Part shown: in pieces, positions 28,562 through 37,330 of the stretch
How the letters are laid out: each line of letters begins with the position of its first letter
Position numbering within the stretch: the first letter of the stretch is position 1
Assembly: GCA_965116885.1 (NCBI GenBank)
Contig: OZ220741.1
Span: 3,296,001 to 3,360,000 of the forward strand
Length of the DNA stretch: 64,000 nt
Origin: Candidatus Latescibacterota bacterium
GTDB taxonomy: Bacteria; Latescibacterota; UBA2968
Reading direction: 5' to 3'
Position numbers and translations under genes: made by a program
The notes under the pieces: generated by a model
What the model was told of the DNA's origin: nothing
Database searches by the model: none
The model's input: the letters and a program-made list of their open reading frames with translations, nothing else

Positions 28562-30283
28562 ATGTCTTACACGGTAATGGCCCGCACGCGAAGGCCACAG
28601 GCATTTGAAACCGTGGTTGCACAAAACCATGTGACCACCACATTGCAAAACGCCATTCGGCTGGAGCGGGTGGCGCAGTCGTATCTGTTTTCCGGGCCGA
28701 GAGGAACGGGTAAGACCACGACGGCGCGATTGCTTGCCATGGCGCTCAATTGCGAGCAGGGGCCAACGGCGGAACCGTGTAGAGAGTGTGCTTCGTGTGT
28801 TGCCATCCGTCAGGGCAACAGCATGGATGTGCTGGAGATTGACGGGGCCTCGAATCGCGGGATTGATGAAATCAGGCAATTGCGCGAAGAGGTGGGGTAT
28901 GCGGCTTCGCAAGGCAAGCGCAAGGTTTATATTATCGATGAAGTACACATGCTCACTACCGAGGCTTTTAATGCCTTGCTCAAAACACTCGAAGAACCGC
29001 CAGCGCATGTTGTTTTTGTATTTGCTACAACCGAGGCTCACAAAGTCCCTGAAACCATTTTGTCCCGGTGTCAGCGCTACAATTTTCGGCGCATTCCACC
29101 CATGGCAATTGTGGAAGAGCTCAAAAAGGCTGTGGATGAAGAAGGCGTAACAGCGGAAGAAACGGCGCTGTTTTTGATCGCGCGGAAAGCCGATGGGGGC
29201 ATGCGTGATGCACTGAGTTTGTTGGATCAGGTCATTGCATTTTCAGATGCTGATATTACGGAAGATGCGGTACAAAATTTACTGGGTTTGATTCCCCGAG
29301 ATGTGTATTTTGACCTGACGCAGGCCATTGTGGAGCGGGATGGTGCTCGCGCGTTGGAGATTGTTGACGAACTGGCGCGCGAAGGCAGTGATTTGGGTGA
29401 ATTTGTGGCGGGGCTGATGGCGCATTTTCGACATTTGCTCGTTGCTTGTGCCGCGGGAGATTTAACAGATGAAAATTTACCAGAAGCCGATCGCGTGCAG
29501 TATGCAGAGGTCGCAGCGCAATTTGAAGAGGCAGATCTCGTGCGTATGCTCAATGCCGTGGGGGAATTGGAAACGCAGATTAGTCGAGTGACCGAGCCTC
29601 GATTCTGGCTCGAGTTGACAGTTATGAAGCTGGTACAGATGACGTCAAGTGTAGATTTGCAGGTTTTGATTGGTCGATTAGAACAACTCGAGCGGGGGTT
29701 AAAAAGCCAGGGGACGGCTACTGAAACACGAAGGCCATTGCCCAGACCTCAACCTGCACCACAGCAGAAAGCGACATCATCTGGACCAGATACGCGCGTC
29801 AGGGGAGAGAAGTTACCACCGCGGCCAACGGCTCCCAAATCTTCACCGCCGCAACAGAGGGGCAACGGTCGGCCCGTGGTAGAACAGCCGCAAGAAGAAG
29901 TACCTCCAATGCCAGATGTATCTTCAGAAGAACCGCCAGACTTTTCTGTTATAAAAGATAAGTGGGCGCAACTGGTACAGGCAGTGAAGGTCAAGAAGAT
30001 GTCGTTGGGCACATTTTTGGACGAGGGCAGCCCGCAATCAATGGATGGGCGCCATCTGGTGGTATCTTTTCAAAAGCACCGCGAATTTCACGCCAATCAG
30101 GTGCGGCGTAGCCGCGCTATAGTAGAAGAAGTTGCGCGCGGTGTTTTTGGAGGTGCAGTTACCATTTCGTGTGAGGTTGTTTACGATGATAATAAAGAGC
30201 AAATAGTTGAGGAGAAGGATGTAGAAGACGATGAGCGCGTGCAGATGGTGATGCAGGTGTTTAGTGGGGAAGTGATCAGGTAG
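28562..30283 (+). CDS. dnaX: DNA polymerase III subunit gamma/tau
   Basis: GPRGTGKTT, EIDGASNRGID, IIDEVHML, NALLKTLEEPP, SRCQ. Confidence 0.97.
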   Translation: MSYTVMARTRRPQAFETVVAQNHVTTTLQNAIRLERVAQSYLFSGPRGTGKTTTARLLAMALNCEQGPTAEPCRECASCVAIRQGNSMDVLEIDGASNRGIDEIRQLREEVGYAASQGKRKVYIIDEVHMLTTEAFNALLKTLEEPPAHVVFVFATTEAHKVPETILSRCQRYNFRRIPPMAIVEELKKAVDEEGVTAEETALFLIARKADGGMRDALSLLDQVIAFSDADITEDAVQNLLGLIPRDVYFDLTQAIVERDGARALEIVDELAREGSDLGEFVAGLMAHFRHLLVACAAGDLTDENLPEADRVQYAEVAAQFEEADLVRMLNAVGELETQISRVTEPRFWLELTVMKLVQMTSSVDLQVLIGRLEQLERGLKSQGTATETRRPLPRPQPAPQQKATSSGPDTRVRGEKLPPRPTAPKSSPPQQRGNGRPVVEQPQEEVPPMPDVSSEEPPDFSVIKDKWAQLVQAVKVKKMSLGTFLDEGSPQSMDGRHLVVSFQKHREFHANQVRRSRAIVEEVARGVFGGAVTISCEVVYDDNKEQIVEEKDVEDDERVQMVMQVFSGEVIR

Positions 30284-30325
30284 GGATTGCTGTGTTGGGA
30301 ACATTGCTTTTTAAGGAGATGGAGT

Positions 30326-30652
30326 ATGGCAAAAGGTATGGGCGCGATGATGAAGCAGGCTCAAAAGTTGCAGGCCAAGCTGGCCAGGGTGCAAGAAGAA
30401 CTGGGAGCAAAAGAGGTAGAGGCAACTTCGGGGGGGGGTATGGTGACAGTAAGAGCCAGTGGGCATCAAGATATTTTGTCTATTAAAATTAATCCCGAAG
30501 TTGTCGATCCCGAAGATGTGGAAATGTTGGAAGACCTCGTGCTGGCGGCGGTTCAGCAGGTGCGTCAAAAAGCTGCGGATATGGCTGAGGCAGAAATGCA
30601 GAAAGCCACAGCGGGTCTTATTCCGCCCGGCATGAATATGCCGGGGTTCTAA
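30326..30652 (+). CDS. ybaB: YbaB/EbfC nucleoid-associated protein
   Basis: MMKQAQKLQ...SGGGMVTV...DPEDVEMLEDLVLAA; between dnaX and recR. Confidence 0.95.
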   Translation: MAKGMGAMMKQAQKLQAKLARVQEELGAKEVEATSGGGMVTVRASGHQDILSIKINPEVVDPEDVEMLEDLVLAAVQQVRQKAADMAEAEMQKATAGLIPPGMNMPGF

Positions 30653-30697
30653 GGGGAGAAACGCGAAGTCCTCGCGCTATAGTTTTTGGAGTTTTCC

Positions 30698-31291
30698 ATG
30701 GCATCAGAGGCCATTGAAAAATTGATTGTCGCTTTGAATCGGTTGCCCGGGGTCGGCGCTAAAACAGCACGGCGCCTCGCGCTGGAGATGTTGACATGGG
30801 ATACGGATGAGGTGCGCGAACTCGCCGATTTGATGGTGGATGTCAAGACCCGGGTGCGGCGGTGTTCAATTTGTTTTAATTTAACTGAGGTCGAGCCGTG
30901 TTCTGTGTGCAGCGATACGCGTCGAGATCGTTCCAGTGTGATGGTAGTTGATTTTATCGGCGATCTTTTGGCATTTGAGCGCACCGGGCTTTATCGAGGG
31001 CTTTATCACGTACTGGACGGGCGAATTTCGCCCCTGGATGGTATTGGGCCAGAAGATTTGAATATTTCCCCGTTGCTCCACCGCTTGCGCCAGGGGGAAA
31101 TTCGAGAAGTGATTCTCGCCAATGGCCCGACCGTAGAGGGCGATGCCACAGCACAATATTTGTCTCAATGTTTGACTCCGTTTGAAGTATCTGTCACACA
31201 AATTGCGCGCGGGTTGCCAGTGGGCAGTGATCTCGCCCTGGCCGATCAAGTGACATTGTCGCGTGCGCTGGAAGGCCGTCGGGAGTATTAA
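30698..31291 (+). CDS. recR: Recombination mediator RecR
   Basis: LPGVGAKTARRLA, C4 zinc finger, YHVL.G.ISPLDGIGP, EGDATA, IARGLPVG. Confidence 0.96.
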   Translation: MASEAIEKLIVALNRLPGVGAKTARRLALEMLTWDTDEVRELADLMVDVKTRVRRCSICFNLTEVEPCSVCSDTRRDRSSVMVVDFIGDLLAFERTGLYRGLYHVLDGRISPLDGIGPEDLNISPLLHRLRQGEIREVILANGPTVEGDATAQYLSQCLTPFEVSVTQIARGLPVGSDLALADQVTLSRALEGRREY

Positions 31292-31933
31292 ATGCCCCAG
31301 GTAAATACCATAGAGTCGAATCGGATGACAATGCCTGAGCCGCATACCCCAAATCGGTTGTGGACAGTGCCCAATGTTTTAACAGTGTCGCGGTTGTTGC
31401 TTACGCCCGTGTTTTTGCTGTTGATTTTTGCTGCCAACTGGTATTTTAAAATCCTCGCGCTACTCGTATTTACCGTAGCCTCGTTGACCGATTTCTACGA
31501 TGGGCGCATCGCGCGGCGCGACGGCACAGTGACCAATTTTGGTCGCTTTATGGATCCGCTGGCCGATAAGTTACTGGTATCTGCGGCATTGATTGCATTT
31601 GTGCATTTGGGCATGGTTGAAGCATGGCTTATCGGGGCGATGCTCGTGCGCGATGTCGTAATTACGGGATTGCGAATTTTTGCGATTCGACGCGGAAAGC
31701 CCGTGGTGACTTCACAACTTGCCAAGTGGAAAACCATGCTGCAATTGGTGCTTGTTTTTGGCATTTTGATCTTTATTAATGTGCGGGTAGTCGAAGCCGA
31801 ATTGGCTGCCCAACCAATTGTGCTCGTGGGCGATATTTCTTATTGGGTTTTGAATGTCCTGGTGGCTGTAGTGACCCTCGTTGCCGTGATTTCAGGCGTC
31901 CGATATTTAATTGAAAATCGCAAGACGTTTTGA
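31292..31933 (+). CDS. pgsA: CDP-diacylglycerol--glycerol-3-phosphate 3-phosphatidyltransferase
   Basis: PNVLTVSR, TDFYDGRIARR...FGRFMDPLADK. Confidence 0.93.
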   Translation: MPQVNTIESNRMTMPEPHTPNRLWTVPNVLTVSRLLLTPVFLLLIFAANWYFKILALLVFTVASLTDFYDGRIARRDGTVTNFGRFMDPLADKLLVSAALIAFVHLGMVEAWLIGAMLVRDVVITGLRIFAIRRGKPVVTSQLAKWKTMLQLVLVFGILIFINVRVVEAELAAQPIVLVGDISYWVLNVLVAVVTLVAVISGVRYLIENRKTF

Positions 31934-31955
31934 GGTGAGCGAATAGCTAACTGCT

Positions 31956-32429
31956 ATGACAGATTTTCGGCCTTCTGAGCCATCATTTTTTGTCCGGTTG
32001 ATTGCAACCGGCTTTTTTTCTGGCTATTCGAGTTTTGCCCCGGGCACAGCCGGGTCAGGCGTGGCATTGGTGATTTATTGTCTGTTGCCACCACTGAACT
32101 CGTGGGCGTGGGGGCTGCTACTGGTCGGGCTATTTTGCGCAGGGGTTTATACCTCTGGGGCATGTGAAAAAGCCTGGGGCAAAGATCCCAGATATGTGGT
32201 GATTGACGAGTTTGCGGGTTTTTTTGTGACGGTAAGTCTGTTTCCGCAGTCGGTGTTGATGGGCATTGTTGGCTTTGTCGTGTTTCGCATACTGGATATT
32301 ACTAAGCCACCGCCCGCTCGACAGGTCGAGGCATTGCCCGGTGGGTGGGGTATTGTGGGCGACGATGTGATTGTGGGGATTTATGGACAGATGATATTAT
32401 GGCTGGCATTCTCACTTTTGCCGCTTTAG
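31956..32429 (+). CDS. pgpA: Phosphatidylglycerophosphatase A
   Basis: APGTAGS, DPRYVVIDEFAG, FRILDITKP, GGWGIVGDD. Confidence 0.93.
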   Translation: MTDFRPSEPSFFVRLIATGFFSGYSSFAPGTAGSGVALVIYCLLPPLNSWAWGLLLVGLFCAGVYTSGACEKAWGKDPRYVVIDEFAGFFVTVSLFPQSVLMGIVGFVVFRILDITKPPPARQVEALPGGWGIVGDDVIVGIYGQMILWLAFSLLPL

Positions 32430-32461
32430 AGATGTCCCGTTTTAGATCGCTAAATAGTTTC

Positions 32462-32490
32462 TTGACGTATATACAAATGTTCACTATACT
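32462..32490 (+). promoter_or_regulatory. recA promoter with candidate SOS box
   Basis: TTGACG-17 bp-TATACT; spacer contains ATAC-AAAT-GTTC (32471-32482), resembling GAAC/GTAC-N4-GTTC LexA boxes. Confidence 0.6.
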
Positions 32491-32565
32491 TGTTGCACAT
32501 TGTGCGGTGCAGGAGACGAGAGGGGCTGCGCCGTGATCCCAAACCTTTTGTAAGGAGAGATACAG

Positions 32566-33612
32566 ATGGCCAAACGCAACAACATTAATGGCAAACAGCA
32601 AGCAATAGACAACGCCATTGCCCAGATCGAAAAGCAATTTGGACAGGGGGCTATTATGCGCCTGGGAGGCGAAGATGGGCAACCCCTTGTAACAGAGGTT
32701 ATTCCAACGGGATCTATAAGCCTGGATGTCGCATTGGGTGCTGGTGGCGTTCCCCAGGGAAGAGTGGTTGAAATATATGGCCCTGAAGGGTCGGGTAAGA
32801 CGACCTTGATCTTGCACATCATTGCCGAGGCGCAAAAGCGCGGTGGGGCAGCGGCTTTTGTCGATGCAGAACACGCATTGAATGTGGAATTGGCCGAGCG
32901 CCTGGGTGTGGATCTCGAAAATTTATTGATCGCTCAGCCCGATACGGGTGAAGAAGCTCTCGAAATTACGGATACTCTCGTGCGCAGTGGTGCTTTTGAG
33001 GTCGTGGCTTTAGACTCTGTGGCTGCCCTGGTGCCGCGTGCCGAACTCGAAGGTGAGATGGGTGATTCTCACATGGGTCTGCACGCCCGTCTGATGTCTC
33101 AAGCCCTGCGCAAACTCGTCGGATCAATCAGCCAGTCTAAAACCTGTGTGATCTTTGCCAATCAGATTCGCATGAAGATCGGCGTGATGTTTGGCAGTCC
33201 CGAGACGACCACTGGTGGCCGTGCGCTTCCGTTTTACGCATCGGTGCGTATAGATATTCGTCGCATTGGTTCTATTAAAGACGGGCAGGAGATCGTTGGC
33301 AATCGCGTGCGGATTCGCGTGGTGAAAAACAAGATGGCACCGCCTTTTAAGGAATGTGAAGTCGATCTGATGTTTGGGGAAGGCATTTCCAGAGAGGGCA
33401 GTTTAATCGATATGGCCGAATTGCACGGGATTGTCAAGAAAAGTGGTACCTGGTTCTCTTATGGTGATGATCGGCTTGGGCAGGGGCGGGAAAATGTCAA
33501 GCGTCATCTGAAAGAGAACGCGGATTTGTCTGCAAAAATCGAACGCGAGGTGCGCGAGATCGTGGGGCTTCCAGTCGATAAGGTGTTTGATCTCGGGGAA
33601 GACCCCGCCTGA
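32566..33612 (+). CDS. recA: Recombinase RecA
   Basis: [46 protein letters not shown]. Confidence 0.99.
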   Translation: MAKRNNINGKQQAIDNAIAQIEKQFGQGAIMRLGGEDGQPLVTEVIPTGSISLDVALGAGGVPQGRVVEIYGPEGSGKTTLILHIIAEAQKRGGAAAFVDAEHALNVELAERLGVDLENLLIAQPDTGEEALEITDTLVRSGAFEVVALDSVAALVPRAELEGEMGDSHMGLHARLMSQALRKLVGSISQSKTCVIFANQIRMKIGVMFGSPETTTGGRALPFYASVRIDIRRIGSIKDGQEIVGNRVRIRVVKNKMAPPFKECEVDLMFGEGISREGSLIDMAELHGIVKKSGTWFSYGDDRLGQGRENVKRHLKENADLSAKIEREVREIVGLPVDKVFDLGEDPA

Positions 33613-33754
33613 GTATGTTGTTGACATCTCAACTTTCTCTAATTTAATTCATAACGAACGTTATATATGAATAAAAACTGGGAATCTTATCTAAAGTGTT
33701 GGTGATAATTCCATTTTTTTTATTTTCCCAGGCCTTCGGAGAAATTGAGAAAGG

Positions 33755-36709
33755 ATGTCACAAATGTTTTTGAATAAAGGCCTGTTGTTTATTACTGCCC
33801 TTGTGTTGCTGTTATGCGTTGGACAAGCCTCTGCTGGTCCCGTGGGCAATCAGACAGATGATACTACGCCGCCTGGGGATCTCAATGGCGATGAGATGGT
33901 TAACTTTACAGATTTTTTGTTATTTGCAAGTATGTTTGGAGCAAGTCAAGGCGATGACAGATATGATGCCCGGGCCGATTTGGACGGCGATGGTGCGATA
34001 GGTTTTGGCGATTTTTTGGTTTTTGCCGGTGCCTTTGGCACATCCGGCTCTGGCGGTGGTAGCCCTGATCTCATTGTTACAGTGCCTTCGGTGAGCGATA
34101 CTACGCTGACGCCTGGGCAGATGTTCACGCTGAATGCGACGGTACGCAATCAGGGGAATGGACAAGCCGCTGAGACGATGCTGACGTATTACAGCTCGAC
34201 CGACGCGACGATTACAACAAGTGATACAGAGGTTGGCACGGGCGCCATAGATAGTCTCAATGCTGGAAGCACGAGTGCCCAGTCGATTGACTTGAATGCG
34301 CCATCGAGTGCTGGCACGTACTATTACGGCGCCTGCGTGGCGAGCGTCAGTGGTGAGAGCAATGCGGATAACAACTGCTCAGGTGGGGTGCGTGTCACAG
34401 TCAGCGATGCTGGGGAAGGTGGTCAAGGCAGTGGTGAGACGTCCTTCGATCTGGATAGCAACAACAATCCGCAGGATATCCTCTATGCCAACAATCGATT
34501 CTACGTGCTTGATCGGGCGGGTGCAAGGGTCTATGGGTATGGGAGTGACGGTCAGCGCGATGCGGCTGGAGACTTCCGTCTGAATAGCAGTTCTCCGTCG
34601 GGTATCGCCTTTGCCAACGACCGATTTTATGTCGTTGATGACGGGGATGATAAGGCTTATGGGTATGGTAGTGACGGTCAGCGCGATGCGGCAGCAGATT
34701 TTGATCTGGGTATCAGCGATCCGAGGGGTATCGCCTTTGCCAATGACCGATTCTATGTGGTTAATGACGAGGATGATAAGGTCTATGGGTATGGGAGTGA
34801 CGGTCAGCGCGATGCGGCAGCAGATTTTGATCTGGGTATCAGCGATCCGAGGGGTATCGCCTTTGCCAATGACCGATTCTATGTGGTTAATGACGGGGAT
34901 AATAGGGTCTATGTGTACACGAGTTCTGGTCAGCGTGTCGCGGATGCAGAATTCCGTTTGTTTACCGGTGATCCGAGGGGTATCGCCTTTGCCAATGACC
35001 GATTCTATGTGGTCGATTTCTGGAATGATAAGGTCTATGGGCACGCGAGTGACGGGCGGCGTGATTCTGCTGGAGACTTCGACCTGCATAGCAACAACAC
35101 GCCACAGGGTATCACCTATGTCAACGACCGACTCTATGTGCTCGATGTGGATGATGGGAAGGTCTATGTGTACGGGAGTGATGGTCAGCGCGATGCGGCA
35201 GCAGACTTCGACCTGGTTAATAGTGATCCGTTTGGTATTACCTATGCCAACGACCGATTCTATGTGCTCGATGCCTCGGATCTAAAGGTTTATGTGTACA
35301 CGAGTTCTGGTCAGCGTGTTGAGGATGCAGACTTCGATCTGGCTGGCAACAACGATGATCCATCGGGTATCAGCTATGTCAACGAGCAATTCTATGTGCT
35401 TGATCCCACAGATGAAAAGGTTTATGTGTACACGAGTTCTGGTCAGCGCGATGCGATTGCAGACTTCAATCTGGCTAACACTTCTCCGTCGGGTCTCACC
35501 TATGCCAACAATCTGTTCTATGTGCTTGATTCCGCAGATGAAAAGGTCTATGTGTACACGAGTTCTGGGGAACGTGTTGCGGCTGCAGACTTTGATGTGG
35601 CTTTCAGTTCGCCGGTGGGTCTCATCTATGTCGGCAACCAATTCTATGTACTTGATATCGAAGGAGCAAAGGCTCATTGGTACACGAGTGCCGACCCAAG
35701 TCCTGATCTCATTGTTGTGTCGCCTTCGGTGAGCAATAACAGCCCGAGTATCGACGAGGCCTTCGGTTTGAGTGCTGTGGTTCGCAATCAGGGCGCGGGT
35801 TCTTCGGCTGCGACGACCTTGCGTTTCTATCTCTCGACTGATGATTCGATTACAACGGGTGATACAGCGATTGGCACGGCCGCCATAGGTAGTCTCAATG
35901 CGGGGGAGCCGAATGATCAGGCGATTGATTTGAATGCGCCATCGAGTGTGGGGATATACTACTACGGCGCATGTGTCCAGAGCGTCAGTGGGGAGAGCGA
36001 TACAGATAACAACTGCTCGAATGGGGTGCGTATCTCAACTGCAGACTTTGATCTGGATGGCGAGAACACGGATTTGGAAGGTCTCGCCTATGCCAACAAT
36101 CTGTTCTATGTGCTCGATTCCAGGGATGCAAAGGTTTATGCGTACACGAGTACTGGTCAGCGCGATGCGGCAGCAGACTTCGGTCTGGATGGCAACAATA
36201 ACGGTCCAGAAGATATCATTTTTGCCAACAATCGATTCTATGTGCTTGATCGGGGAAGTGTGTCTGATCGGGGGGATGAAAAGGTCTATGCGTACACGAG
36301 TACTGGTCAGCGCGATGCGGCAGCAGACTTCGATCTGGATAGCAACAACAGTACTCCGTCGAGTATGACCTATGCCAACGATCGATTCTATGTGGTTGAT
36401 TTTTTGACAGCAAAGGTCTATGCGTACACGAGTACTGGTCAGCGCGATGCGGCAGCAGACTTCGATCTGGATAGCGACAACACTGATCCGTTTGGTATTA
36501 GCTATGTCAATGACCTCTTCTATGTGGTTAATAACGCGGACGAGGCTGCACAGGTTTATGTGTACACGAGTTCTGGACAACGTGATTCGGATGCGGATTT
36601 CAATCTGCCTAACACTGATCCGTTTGGTGCTGCCTATGTCAACAACCTCTTCTATGTGGTTGATAACGGAGATAATCAGGTCTATGCGTACACGAGTTCC
36701 GGGCAATAA
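33755..36709 (+). CDS. Secreted repeat protein: signal peptide, dockerin/EF-hand, two CARDB-like Ig domains, 15 beta-propeller-like repeats
   Basis: GDLNGDEMVNFTDF / ADLDGDGAIGFGDF; PDL...VRNQG...YYYGACV.SVSGES...NNCS twice; about 42-aa repeats DFDL..P.GI..ANDRFYV.D...KVY.Y.S.GQRDA; the start may be 33764. Confidence 0.85.
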   Translation: MSQMFLNKGLLFITALVLLLCVGQASAGPVGNQTDDTTPPGDLNGDEMVNFTDFLLFASMFGASQGDDRYDARADLDGDGAIGFGDFLVFAGAFGTSGSGGGSPDLIVTVPSVSDTTLTPGQMFTLNATVRNQGNGQAAETMLTYYSSTDATITTSDTEVGTGAIDSLNAGSTSAQSIDLNAPSSAGTYYYGACVASVSGESNADNNCSGGVRVTVSDAGEGGQGSGETSFDLDSNNNPQDILYANNRFYVLDRAGARVYGYGSDGQRDAAGDFRLNSSSPSGIAFANDRFYVVDDGDDKAYGYGSDGQRDAAADFDLGISDPRGIAFANDRFYVVNDEDDKVYGYGSDGQRDAAADFDLGISDPRGIAFANDRFYVVNDGDNRVYVYTSSGQRVADAEFRLFTGDPRGIAFANDRFYVVDFWNDKVYGHASDGRRDSAGDFDLHSNNTPQGITYVNDRLYVLDVDDGKVYVYGSDGQRDAAADFDLVNSDPFGITYANDRFYVLDASDLKVYVYTSSGQRVEDADFDLAGNNDDPSGISYVNEQFYVLDPTDEKVYVYTSSGQRDAIADFNLANTSPSGLTYANNLFYVLDSADEKVYVYTSSGERVAAADFDVAFSSPVGLIYVGNQFYVLDIEGAKAHWYTSADPSPDLIVVSPSVSNNSPSIDEAFGLSAVVRNQGAGSSAATTLRFYLSTDDSITTGDTAIGTAAIGSLNAGEPNDQAIDLNAPSSVGIYYYGACVQSVSGESDTDNNCSNGVRISTADFDLDGENTDLEGLAYANNLFYVLDSRDAKVYAYTSTGQRDAAADFGLDGNNNGPEDIIFANNRFYVLDRGSVSDRGDEKVYAYTSTGQRDAAADFDLDSNNSTPSSMTYANDRFYVVDFLTAKVYAYTSTGQRDAAADFDLDSDNTDPFGISYVNDLFYVVNNADEAAQVYVYTSSGQRDSDADFNLPNTDPFGAAYVNNLFYVVDNGDNQVYAYTSSGQ
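34670..34895 (+). repeat. Intragenic tandem repeat, 126-bp period
   Basis: About 100 identical bp starting at 34670 and 34796. Confidence 0.9.
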
Positions 36710-36813
36710 CGCACGGGGCACAGGAGAAAGAAATCGCATTTTAGGCTTTGACAACAGAGTGGGTTTGCCTATTTTAATACCTGCTCTGTTGTTTTTTTTA
36801 TTGAGAAATTATC

Positions 36814-37323
36814 GTGAAATCGTCCACGTTGTTTGAGACTGATAAAGCGGTTGAAAAGGCTAAGGCGTATGTCTTGCGTTTGCTGAGCAGACGCGCTTAT
36901 ACAAAAAAAGAGATTTGCGACAAACTCGCTGGACGAGGTTACGAGCAAGGCGCGATTGAACAGACTCTCTCGATGCTCGAGCGTCTCAATTTAGTTGATG
37001 ATGTGTTGTTTGCGCGTCAATTTGTCGAGCAACGGTTGCGATTGCGGCCTTCTGGACGGATGGCACTTGTGCGCGATCTTGTGCGTCGGGGTGTTCCCGC
37101 TGAGATAATTGATCGCGTTTTGGACGATGTTTTGGCTGAGATTGACATTGAAGATGTCGCACTCGATTTGCTTATGGGCAGGGCAAATCGCTACCGGGGA
37201 TTATCGCGTGAGAAAGCTCTCGGGCGGATGTTCGGTTTTTTAGGGCGCCGGGGTTTTGAGGTTTCGGTTGCGCGAGATGTCGCTCAAAAAGTGTGGTCTA
37301 AAATAGATAATGAAGAAGGCTAA
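36814..37323 (+). CDS. recX: Regulatory protein RecX
   Basis: LLSRRAYTKKEI..KL...G, VDDVLFA, L.RRGV, FLGRRGF; recA-recX-alaS synteny. Confidence 0.9.
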   Translation: MKSSTLFETDKAVEKAKAYVLRLLSRRAYTKKEICDKLAGRGYEQGAIEQTLSMLERLNLVDDVLFARQFVEQRLRLRPSGRMALVRDLVRRGVPAEIIDRVLDDVLAEIDIEDVALDLLMGRANRYRGLSREKALGRMFGFLGRRGFEVSVARDVAQKVWSKIDNEEG

Positions 37324-37330
37324 ATAAAAG

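Noticed and set aside
28562..30283. dnaX programmed -1 frameshift
   Set aside because: No clear A AAA AAG slippery site with a downstream hairpin was seen in the linker region
34440..36709. CRISPR-like or non-coding repeat array
   Set aside because: Repeats are in-frame coding units of about 126 bp without unique spacers; no cas genes
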